NCBI GenBank assembly: GCA_030264375.1
Contig: JASCQW010000002.1
Span: 118,236-182,235, forward strand
Direction of reading: 5' to 3'
DNA length: 64,000 nt
Source: Carcharhinus longimanus
Lineage: Eukaryota
Shown here: positions 49,821 to 61,415 of the stretch, piece after piece
How the letters are laid out: the number at the start of each line of letters is the position of its first letter
How positions within the stretch are numbered: position 1 is the stretch's first letter
The notes under the pieces: generated by a model
Told to the model about the DNA's origin: nothing
What the model saw: the letters and a program-made list of their open reading frames with translations, nothing else
The model's database searches: none
Position numbers and translations under genes: made by a program

Positions 49821-52800
49821 ATAGCTCATTATAAACAATAGAAAGTTCAGTGGATATTGAGAGTGTCTGGGAAGAGGGTGATAAGTATCCAGTGATTGAT
49901 ACACAAAGCTGATATTANNNNNNNNNNNNNNNNNNNNNNNNNNNNNNNNNNNNNNNNNNNNNNNNNNNNNNNNNNNNNNNNTGTGGAAGGAGATGAAAGA
50001 ACATGTCTCGAACTGCCACAGAAAACGGCATGAGACACAGAGAACATGAAACCCTGGCATACTTCTTGAGAAATAAAAATAATTAAAACCTGAAACAAAT
50101 TGCTGCATAGAAATATTAATTTAACACATTCTGGTAATATTCCTGTCGGAGATATGAGGCAATTGGGCAACAAAAGTCACCAGGCAAATCATGCATATTT
50201 AGCAAATTACATTATCAACATAACAAGATAAGTATATTCTTCACATTAATGAAATTAATTAATGCCATTATTAATTGCAATTCATATTAACGTGTTAAAT
50301 GCATTATTCACAGAACTAGCCCAACACTCTGAGGCTGAAGCGCCTATTTTAAACAATTTGTTTTATCTCCACACGGGGTTCGGACGTAAAATGTAACGAG
50401 AACTAGAAGATAGAACACAGAACATGACAGCGCAGTACAGGCCCTTCGGCCTTCGATGTTGCGCCGACCAGTGGAACCAATCTAATGACCCTCCAACCTG
50501 AACGATTCCAATGTTATCCATATGCCTATCCGATGACCATTTGAACGCCCTTTAAGTTGCCGAGTACCACAACTGCTTCAGGCAGGGCATTCCACGTCCC
50601 CTGAGGAAAGAACCTACCTCTAACATCCGTCCTATAATTACCACCCCTCAATGTAAAGCTATGTCCCCTCGTGTTAGCCATCACCATCCGAGGAAAAAGC
50701 CTCTCACTGTCCACCCATCTAATCCTCTGATCAAGGTCAGATTACAACATCAAGAGGAGCATGCGTGGACGGTCCTCGCCAAAATTCCTCTATTTTTAAA
50801 CGCAGTGAGTTGCATGCACTCAGACTCATTTTCAGCAGATTCTAACAGCGACTGCTCTAATTTGTACCAACACAAATCAAGTAGCCCGAATAGAGGTTTT
50901 ACAGTAATATGCGCGTATACAGTAATATACAGTCCATGTGCGCGGAAAACATTTCCATTCAATTTTTAATTTAAATCTCAGGTTGCCAAAGTCTCGGCCG
51001 ATAAATAAAAACATGCATTAATCAGATGTTCTATATTCTAAATATATTTGAAAGGAAATCAGTAAAAAAAAGGAATCTAAATTATTCGCCAACTGAAGTT
51101 ACTGCTACTTAAATTCCCAATTCCAATACGCACTTATAACAAGGAAGGGTTATTTGAATATACTAGAGCCTTTTCCCTAACTGGAGCGGAGAATCCAAAA
51201 CATTGCTGGAAAAAAAATGCATAAATTTCCAGCTTTAGATCTGATAGTCCATTTTGATTTTCAACTCCAATTGATTTATTCTGCACACCAATGTCAGGTA
51301 GACGGCGATCAAAAACAATTTCCATTGGGCCTTTGTGTCCTCAGAGCAATNNNNNNNNNNNNNNNNNNNNNNNNNNNNNNNNNNNNNNNNNNNNNNNNNN
51401 NNNNNNNNNNNNNNNNNNNNNNNNNNNNNNNNNNNNNNNNNNNNNNNNNNGAATTTACTTCGGATATTTCCGAAGGATAGTTTTTCAAACAGTCCCAATA
51501 CTGAAATGCGAGAAATATTAATCAATAGTTTGTTTCAGTTTGTCCCAGAGATAACAGTTACGTTCATGGCTTCACAAGATTTGAATGGGAATGGTATCAA
51601 CAAGTGGAGACAAAAACGAACTAAAATCATCAAAAAAATCACAGAAACATTTTCATCCATGCTTTTTCAAACAAAGGAAAATTCGAGCAGAAGCAAAAGT
51701 GCAGCTTTTCACCGAGTCATTACTAATGTGTGTAATGCCAGACTGCTGGTGGAAAGCGAACAGGGATGGTATGATTCGGTATGAAAAAAGGAGAATGCCA
51801 ATAAAATCGGTATCAGTTTGCTATGCATTACTGACAAAAGGAGGAAAGAAAATATCTACATTAAAGCAATATAAAGAAGTCAGTGCACCTTTCATGGTGG
51901 AATCTCTCACATAATCAACAACATCAAAATCTCACAAAAGCCCTCAGAGCAGATACCGTAAACATCAGGAAAGTATTTTTTCCCTTGTCCAACATTAGTT
52001 TGGGAAACAGCCATCTCATACACCGATGAATGGGACAATGTCCTGTCAACACTTTTTCAGTAAGTTCCAATATTTCCTGTATCACAAACGTTTCCAAATC
52101 CATATTCCATCCCAACACTTCAATAGAAAAATGACGCTGACACTCTGGTGCCATGCTGAGCGAGCTGTTGCACATTTGGTGATCTCATCTTTCATAGGAG
52201 CCATTCACCCAATGGCCAAGATGCATTCTGCTTTGGTTATTAATGATCAGCTGACCATACTGAAGATGACTTGAATCGCAGGTTTGTCCGGAACAAAATT
52301 TACCACTTGAACAAATTCACAAAGTCAGATTACCACTCCATTATTAAATTGTTGGATAAAATTGTCTTCTGAATTGCATACTGAAAAGGCAACATTTCAA
52401 AACTCCATAATTAGCTGTAAAGTGTTTGAAACCTGCTGGCAGTGAATAGCCGATACAAGTCTTTATTTCATGTGCAAGGAATCATCGGGGAGGCAGAACA
52501 AAATGGGATAGACTGGCTGCAATAAAACTATCAAATTGAGGGGTACAATGTGTTTCTCAGAAGGGAAATGATTAGAATTGGTGTCCAGATGAATCCGGCA
52601 CTGGGATCGCGTGTTCATTATTGACCGAATCAAACTTCATTTTCACGACGATAACATTTTTTTGGACAGAATGGTAGCCAGGGGGGTTACAAGAATTCAA
52701 TTGCCTCTCAGTGGAGGTCAGAGGGATTCGTTGGGTTCATGTGTTTGGCGGCAGGGATAGAGCCTGGGTGAGATTGTTGTCAGTGCAATCTCGATGGGTC

Positions 52801-53233
52801 AAATGGTCTCCTGCTGCATTGTAGTGTATCGGTGATTCTATGGATTTACAACTCTGAGGATAAAAGACAGGGGGATAATACGGCAGAGAAAAGTGATTCT
52901 GGATCACAAAAGCCGGTCCATATGGAAATGATTTTTTCCTACATATTCCCAGTTCTCTGATATCTCACACATTATTTGTCCTAAGGGACTGGAGCCAGAA
53001 TAACATATTTTTGTCCAGTAAGGTAGTGCTGGTTCTTCACTTTGGATCACTGCAGTCATTCTGCTGACTGTTCTCCCAAATTGGTGCCAGCATCAAATGC
53101 CAGGATATTTCCAGAGGGGCGATGAAGTGGTTGCGATCTCTGCTCCGACTTTCTGATGCGCTCTTTGTCACGACAACATCACAATGAGTCCATAAACAAT
53201 TTCCTAAACAACCAATTATTTTGTGTTTACCAG

Positions 53234-54711
53234 TTTCTTCAAGCATTGACTCCTTCAGTCAGATGGAATATTACACCAGTCACAGTTTGGGAGACACGGA
53301 TCCTGGATCAGAATATCCTGAAGTTGATTCCTCCTCTATTCAGGGTAGGTCGAACTTCACATCCCACCATTTCCTTCCGGGCCTTCGCACGCTGTGACAT
53401 CTAAAATAGCTTCTGAAATCTCCAAACGTTTGTTTCATGGCATATATACCGTGAAATGACAGTGCCAAGTAGCTCAGATATTGCAGATTGATCTCAGTCA
53501 CAGAAACTTTGAGTCTGAAACAATGTTTTATCATTGTTCCGAACAATTTAAATTGCATTTGAAAAAAATGTACCATGTATCTCCCCAGAAGGCTCTCTTG
53601 ACTATGAATTGTGTACTGGTTTGTGGGACCGGTGACATATTGGGAACGGTATAAATCGGAACTAAAATTGAAAAAGAAATCATCCGATAATTCTCCATGC
53701 TCTAATTCACTGGCCTCCATGCCACAGTAGATCAAAGTCTCTCTCCCGTATTTACAGTGGAAATAGATATTTAAGGATATGCTTCTAAGTGTCCTTCATT
53801 ACTAATTGACTTCCGTTGAATCACTTTTCCCCCTCAGCTCCTGCTTTGACAGACTATGACGATGCTGAGACTGAAACCATTGACTCTCAGAGTGGGCACT
53901 TGCTGCTGAACCGGGGCCCTGACGGTATCTTCACTTTGACAAGTTCCAGCGATGATCTCGGCACTCTGGGTGAGATAAATCTTTGATTGTTCCGTATCTT
54001 AGGCAGTCGCTTGGGATGAATACATAACAAATTGATAATAAATTGGAACGATATTAGGCCTTTCAGACTTTCCAGACTGGTCCTCCCTTCAGTGGATCAT
54101 GACTCATCAGACATTCATTCTATTTACTCTCTCACCTTTTCCCCGTAACCCGCGATTCCATTCCTAATGAATAATTCACCTATTTCAGCTTTAAATGTGC
54201 ACAAGGACTTTGCCTCCACAGTTCACTGTGGCAACGTGTTCCAAAGATTCACAACTCACGGACACACCCGCATTGATCCCATCTGATCGGTTCCTTCCAC
54301 GCAGGCCAAGAATAACAATGTTATCTGTGGCGCAAGCGAAGGCTTTTAACAGCCATTGGGCAGTGACCATTCATTTCCGAAGTTTACACATATACATTGT
54401 AATGTTAAACCGCATTTTAAGAGATTTTCCAATGGGAGTGCCGCAGTGTAGGGATGTGACCTGTCCCGCGTGGTTTATGCTTTGTGATTTCCTGCAGTAT
54501 TTTCAGGGGTACATTACATTGAAAGTATCAGAGAGAATGCGCAGTGTGTATTTGATAGAAAGAAACTGACAGTTGAACTGGAAGATAATACAAGTCCTTG
54601 TGAAGTGTTGATCTGATTGCGGAAATAGCTGTAAATCTTACTCATTTTTATTTTACTGTTTCAGGTCATAGTCTTCAACAAATACAGGATGTGACGTCTT
54701 CAGACATATGA
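53234..54711 (+). CDS. Putative cytoplasmic-tail exons join(53234..53344, 53838..53969, 54665..54711) of a CD163/WC1-like membrane receptor
   Basis: Three exons with pyrimidine-rich AG acceptors and GTAGGT/GTGAGA donors, all phase 1, splicing to SSSIDSFSQMEYYTSHSLGDTDPGSEYPEVDSSSIQAPALTDYDDAETETIDSQSGHLLLNRGPDGIFTLTSSSDDLGTLGHSLQQIQDVTSSDI*. AATAAA at 55066-55071. Family assignment is inference from the YDD motif and nearby SRCR exons. Confidence 0.6.
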
Positions 54712-56326
54712 ATCACGGTACGAAACGAAAGGGGGCGCCCCTTAACTTTTCCACAAATATCGCCATGTCGAAAATGCTTTACTCCGAGATAATTTTTTTT
54801 TGTATCAATAGGTAATTACTACATGTTGCGTTTTGTGAATTCTCATTTCTGTCTTCGTTCTGCGTGAAAGAGTAAACGTTTTGTTCAAGCAACAATGAAA
54901 ATCAACCTAGAATGTCTATCGACTATTGCACTGCCCATATTAAAGCTGTTACATCGTATTGCATTGTGGAACGGAGCCGTTATTATAATTCAAGATTTGA
55001 TGCGGTTTTTTTTGTCAAATGGATTTGAATTTTATTTTGTAAAAGCTTTCCTTTTTATGCCACTCAATAAAGATTAGGGCAGACAAATACATGGTTTGCT
55101 TCCATTTTCTTCATTTATTATATTGTAACTCGTCACGGAGGCAGAGAGAGGACATTTACCGGGGGAGTGGGGTTTGCAGAGATTGAATGGGGATTACTGG
55201 GAGGATTAGAGGGGACATTCGGAAACAGTTTTTCACTCAGAGATTAGTTGGTGTCTGGCATTCGAGTTTTACCTAGTGGTTCAGGCAGGAACTCCTCGGA
55301 TCCGTCGATCGGCCGCGAGATCTGTAGCTGAAATGTTGTAAACTGCAAAGATCGGGCGAGGGGCTGGGTCACCAGAAGGTGGTATTAGAATGGAATGCTA
55401 GTTTATATTTCTCGAGCTGGTGCAGATGTGATGGACTGAATGACCTTTTTCTATGCCGTATGCTTCTCCCTGTTTTCTGTTAGCCCTATCGCTGGGCCAG
55501 GTGGAGGAATGATTTTTTTTTTAAATAAGAAACAAGAGGAAAGGTGAGGATATTGAGGCAACGCTGAGTTATTCTGATACCCATCCCCCCTCCAATAATC
55601 AAAGTGAGTGAGAAATCCCCCCGCNNNNNNNNNNNNNNNNNNNNNNNNNNNNNNNNNNNNNNNNNNNNNNNNNNNNNNNNNNNNNNNNNNNNNNNNNNNN
55701 NNNNNNNNNNNNNNNNNNNNNNNNTACGCTGGTAAAGCATCTGTTTGAGAAGTGTTGAAGAAATTCCAAAGCTCAATGATTTTCAAGTGAAGTGAATGGA
55801 AATGCATATTGTCAAGAATTGTGGAAAAACTTACCTTTACTTGGGAGTTTGCACACTTTCAAGGGACCTGCATTCAGCTCAAAATATTATATCAGAATGT
55901 AGCCTCGCCTGTCTGTTTTCAAATAGAACCATGCTGCAAGGGGCGGAGCAAAATACCACAATAAACAAAGGGGCAGAGTGATTCGCTTCATGAAATGGTC
56001 ACTGGCTAATGGTGGTCGGCTAAGGCACAGACATTCAACAAGTGGCACTCAATGAGTTCCAGGAGGGAGCCAAATTAAGATATCGAAGGAATAGAACAAT
56101 GAAGGAGCAGAATGAACAATAAAAATTAACATTGACTATAACAATTTCAGTACCTTTGCCAGGCAACCCATCCTGAATTCAACAGACTTTGTAGTTTATC
56201 CATAGTAAAAACAATATGTTATTTAATTAGATACCATGTTTGACGACAGTGCATGTCATCACTGAAGGTAATGTTCTTCCCTTCCTGATGTATAATTTCC
56301 CTGTTTTTTTTTCCTGTCTCCTCCAG

Positions 56327-56954
56327 CTAACTTAGCCACGATTGCGATATTAGCCTTTCGAAAATGTGGTCTCTCCAAATGTGTAACACGCTACCTGGTG
56401 GCCATGGCAACAGCAGATCTATTCATTATTATTATTGATTTGATATTAAGACACATTCCAATTGTTTATTGGGAACATTTTTCCTTTCTGTGGTCCATGC
56501 GTGTGTGCAATATCCATGCAGTTTTCTTGTTTGCAGCCACTGACTGTTCTGTTTGGTTTACTGTGACTTTCACCTATGATCGATGTGTTGCTATTTGTTG
56601 CCAGAAGCTGAAAAATAAATATTGTACACAGAAAACTGCTGCTGTGGTTCTCGGAACTGTTGCTGTGTTGAGCTGTTTCAAGAATACCTTCTGGTATTTT
56701 ATGTTGACAGAATCATACTCGATGAGGAATAACCCATGGTTCTGTTCAATAACATTCAGTGTACAGCTATCTCCAGTCTGGATAGCTGTTGAGTTTCTGC
56801 ATCACATTCTAACCCCATGCTTACCATTTGCCCTGATTTTGTTGCTAAATGTTGTCACCATCAGGCATATTGTAGTCAATAGCAGAGCCCGTAGAAGACT
56901 TCGAGCTGTGAGAAGTGGGGATAGTTCCAAAGACACAGAGATGGAGGGTCGACG
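56327..56954 (+). CDS. GPR139/GPR142-like GPCR exon 2, TM1-ICL3, open until the gap
   Basis: ctccag acceptor. KCGLSKCVTRYLVAMATADL, CNIH, FTYDRCVAICC, NPWFC, TM5 PCLPF.LILLLN, SRARRRLR. Confidence 0.92.
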
Positions 56955-57054
56955 NNNNNNNNNNNNNNNNNNNNNNNNNNNNNNNNNNNNNNNNNNNNNN
57001 NNNNNNNNNNNNNNNNNNNNNNNNNNNNNNNNNNNNNNNNNNNNNNNNNNNNNN

Positions 57055-57609
57055 AGCAGTTGTTTTAGGAACAGTGACTACACTGAGCTGTTTGAAGGAT
57101 ATTTCCTGGTACTTCATGCAGGCAGACACGTGTTGGGAGGGAAACCAACCGTGGGTTTGTGACATACCCCAGACCAATGTATTTTCTTTCGTCTGGGGAA
57201 TAATTGAATTTCTTCATTACATTCTGAACCCAGCAGTCCCTTTTATCCTGATTTTGCTGCTTAATGTTTTCACCATCAGACACATATTAGTCTCCAGCAG
57301 AGCCCGAAGAAGACTGCGGGCTCACAACAGTGGGCAGAGTTCCAGACACCCAGAGATGGAAGTTCGAATCTAATCAATCATTTTACTCTTTGTTATTTCG
57401 GCCAATTTCATTATATTATGGTCCGTGTTTATGGTTTATTCGATATGCATTTAGGATATGTATCTATCTATCTACATTGGTTTGTACAGGAATTGGGTTT
57501 CATGTTGCAGCTTCTGAGTTGCTGCACAAATACATGTATTTATGCAGTGACACAGACTAAATTCAGAGACCAGTTGAAAATCACTTTGACAAATCCCTTT
57601 AATCTTTAA
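57055..57609 (+). pseudogene. GPR139/GPR142-like GPCR TM4-TM7 of a different paralogue, disrupted
   Basis: In-frame TAA at 57371-57373 (EVRI*SIILLFVISANFIILWSV), then a frameshift before TM7 (LGFMLQLLSCCTNTCIYAVTQTKFR). Confidence 0.85.
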
Positions 57610-60547
57610 GTCAATGGCGGGTATAACTGAATCAATTATTTTGAAATGTTGCTTCAAATCTACTGATGGACACATGCTGCTGTTCTGATACTGGGGGAGG
57701 GCTGGACAACATATTCCAGGCAAAATGCTGAATGGATGGAAAACATAGCACGTAAATAAGGGGAAGGGAAAAGTTGCTGCATAAATAGCATCGTAGGTAT
57801 TGCTAATGTATGAAAAATACTTTGGGACTTGTGGGCATTTACTAGTGGAAATGTTGAGTGGATGTGCTACATCAGGAACAATGGCTGAGGGATGGTATAT
57901 CTTGCACTGTGGCAAGAAGGAAGCGTACATGTACTTGTTAGAATGGCCTGGTCGAGATACAGACAACTCAAATATCAGAGGGGCTGACATGGTTGCTACA
58001 CTGTAGCATGTTATACCAGCTGCAGAGTTGGAGACGGCTGGCCATGTGAGGAGACTTGGAACATTAAGGAATATCACACTTTATTTTCTGATATTTGTAG
58101 CTTATTGATGCAAATGTTTTTTTTCAGCCGTGGTAAGTAGCAAATTTAGTTATTTTTTTCTTTCCCCGCCTAATTCCATATGCTTTAGAGAAGCTGTCAG
58201 CAGGAAATTTGCTTTCAGTTTCTCATCATGAGCCGAAGTGAAAATGAGTATTGAAGCTGAAAAATAGAGGCTTCAGATGCATTTAATTTAATTTAATTCA
58301 TGTCCCGTTAGCTTTATTGATTAACTCCACAGAGTTGGAGCTTCCACTCCATAATGAAGTCTGGAGGTGACAAATTCCGTAATCATCTGCAGTGTGTCTC
58401 GTCCATCTTCTACCGAGTGTGGAAGATTTGGAAGACCATGAGCAAAATAAGAGCTCCAGCTGATGATTCAATCGGTATCAACTGGTCTAATTTCCCTCTG
58501 ATAATGAGGGTACTCCAGCTTAAAACACTGCAGTGGGAGCATTTATCTCACCTGTGCGGAAAGAAAAAAGAAACTTCAAAGGTTGAATATGAAACAATTC
58601 TGACATTACATTGCCCTCTCACGTCACGTTGCCCTGAACCAAGAGTTNNNNNNNNNNNNNNNNNNNNNNNNNNNNNNNNNNNNNNNNNNNNNNNNNNNNN
58701 NNNNNNNNNNNNNNNNNNNNNNNNNNNNNNNNNNNNNNNNNNNNNNNGGGACTGGTAATGTTAAAATGGTGGCGCGGGCTCGTTGGGCCGAAGGGCCTGT
58801 TTCCCGGGCTGTTTTTGTTCTTTGTTCATTGTTCTATTACAGAATCCCCCTTCTCATCTGTCAAAGTGGTCAAATTTTACTTTCGCCAACCATTTTTTTC
58901 AACTTATATATTTGTAGAAATTCTGCCACTTTGTATATAATCTGAGCTAATTTACTCATAACATTTCTTATTTTATGTCTTTTTTTTCGTGGACTTCTGT
59001 TCCCAACTTCTTGTTTCCCCCCTAATCTTTGCCACTTTGATCGTTGGATGGTGAAGTAACATCATTACATTTCCAGGGCTGTCTGATTGGGGTTAATTGC
59101 GTTGGCAATATTGAAAATGTCATTTTATTTTCCACGTTCGATACAGCTCCGCTCCTGTGTATCTGTTTCTACTTTATGTCAATATTTCTACTCATTGAAA
59201 CAATGTGGGCGTCGCTGTCTCGACCAACATGTTTGATCCCTTCCTATCTGCCATTCACAATGTTGTAGCTTTAGAAGTAGATCGATGAGGAAACTTGAAG
59301 AGCTCAGTGCATCGTGTAGACTGTATTCACTTTGTCTTTTGGTAGGCAGATTAATCTGTTTCAGTAGGATGCTGAACAAGTGAGATGTGCTGCCCTGGAT
59401 GGGGGCAATTTTCCTGAGTTTTATGGTCTGCATGCATTAAGCTGCAGGTCTAAATGATCAATAAATTATCACCATTGTTGGACAATTGTTTGAAAAGTTT
59501 CTGATCTCGATGCACTTGGGATTGGAGTGAACCTGAGGTGCACATTTTAAACTCGAGAGCTTAACAATGCAGATATCAAAGTCGTTAAATTAACAAAGAC
59601 TTGATGGTTAATGGTTATTTTCCGTGAGTAAATAACGCTCGGCAAAACAAGCATGTATGTATAAGAAAACAACACTACTGATTATGTGCACTTTGCCAAT
59701 GGAACAACAGTTTTTTTTTCTGCTTCAAATATTTTGATGAACTTTTCAAGAGCAGATTTAGTGAAGTTCCACATATATGACCAGTGTTATGGATAGTGGA
59801 GGAGGAGGATTTCGTAAAAGTCGGTCAATTAGCAAAGGGGTAGAATGAATCCTGAGGTTATAGCATGCGTGGCAGAACATCATTCATGCTGTGTAGAGAT
59901 AGGCAGGAGCCCTCGTCTGTACATTGGACAATCACTGTATGATTGGTTTGTGATACTTCACTTCCATCACTGAGAGCAATCAGGGCCAACCTGTGGACAC
60001 ACTGCACATGAAGCACCGTCACCCCGAGAGAGAGAAAGGTCTGAATCCTGCAACGAGTTGCGTGATGACGCGGTAGACCAGGAAGAGCATTATCACTGGG
60101 TCAATATTCAGGTGCATTGGACAGAGCGACTATCAACAAACTTATTTGAAAAACGTCTCACTTCAGGTTTGATATTGGTTATATGCAGAACAGCATTCCT
60201 CCTATATTAACTCAGAGATCAGCAAGATTGTCAGCGTGTAGTCCCAAAAGTAGGGGAGTCTAATACTAGAGGGTGAAGGTTTTATATAAAAGGGGATAGA
60301 CACAAAAGTGTCCAGATGGGCATTTGTTTCACACAGAGGGTGTTGAGTGACTGGAACAAACTGTAGAGGCAGTAATAGACGGGGTACAATTGTATCTTTC
60401 AAAAAGCATTTGGACTGATACATGGGTAAATGAGTACAGAGGGAAATGGACCAAATGCGGGCAATTGAGACGCTCCTAATGGTTTACAAAAGATGGTGGC
60501 ATGGACAAATTGGTCTGAAAGGCTTGTCTTCATACTGTAAACCTCTT

Positions 60548-60955
60548 TGACTTGTGTCTCTCAGTCCCCTTCCGCTACTCCGGGGAGGTATTTGTGCAGT
60601 GACTGGTGTCTCCTAGTCCTGTCTCTCAGGGATATATCTGTTCCGCTGGTGATGTCTCTCAGTCCTTTCCCTCTCTCAGGGAGACATCTCAAAAGCGCCT
60701 GGTGTCTCCGTCCCCTCTCTCTTTCTCATGAAATATCTGTAAATTGACTGGTGTTTCTAAGTCCTCTCTCTCTCTCTCTCTTTCCGAGGGAGATATCTGT
60801 ACACTGACTGGTGTCTCACAGTCCCTTCTCTATCCCTGAGGGAGATATCTGTACAGTGACTGCTGTCTATCAGACACAAATCTCTCTCTCAGAGAGATAT
60901 CTCTTAGTTCCCTCTCTCTCGCTCATTGTGATATCTGTACGCTGTACACTCCCTG
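60548..60955. repeat. Degenerate minisatellite, about 45-60 bp unit (gactggtgtctctcagtccctctctctc..gggagatatctgtaca)
   Basis: About 7-8 imperfect units are visible. Confidence 0.8.
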
Positions 60956-60964
60956 ATGTACACT

Positions 60965-61158
60965 ACCTGGATAGCAAATATTGTCCCCTTGTTCAAGAAG
61001 GGGAGTAGAGACCATCCTGGAAATTATAGACCAGTGACCCTTACTTCTGTTGTGGGCAAAGTTTTGGAATGAATTATGAGAGATAGGATTTATAATCATC
61101 TAGAGGGAAATAAATTGATTAGGGATAGTCAACACGGTTTTGTGAAGGGTAGGTCGTG
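60965..61158 (+). mobile_element. CR1 RT fragment
   Basis: IANIVPLFKKGSRDHPGNYRPVTLTSVVGKVLE...DSQHGFVKGRS. Confidence 0.9.
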
Positions 61159-61258
61159 NNNNNNNNNNNNNNNNNNNNNNNNNNNNNNNNNNNNNNNNNN
61201 NNNNNNNNNNNNNNNNNNNNNNNNNNNNNNNNNNNNNNNNNNNNNNNNNNNNNNNNNN

Positions 61259-61415
61259 CAGAGCGAGAAGTGGGGAGCACAGCGGCACCAGCAGTGGGAT
61301 GAGAGAGTGACAGAGCGAAGAGGTCAGTGACAGCGTCACCAGCGGTGGGAGGAGAGAGTGCGAGAGAAAGGGAGTGACACACCGACACCAGCTGTGGGAG
61401 GAGAGAGTGCGAGGT
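61259..61415. repeat. Degenerate minisatellite, about 50 bp unit (cagcg.caccagc.gtgggaggagagagtg)
   Basis: Three imperfect units. Confidence 0.7.

Noticed and set aside
51134-51205. Possible small leader exon (QCFGFSAPVREK...) on the minus strand
   Set aside because: The signal-like frame ends in TAA before the candidate donor, so support is insufficient.
56327-57609. One continuous GPCR across the 56955-57054 gap
   Set aside because: TM4-ICL3 is present on both sides with different sequences, so these are two paralogues.
60548-61415. CRISPR-like repeat arrays (also 39313-39466)
   Set aside because: Degenerate tandem units without unique spacers, no cas genes, vertebrate context. These are minisatellites.
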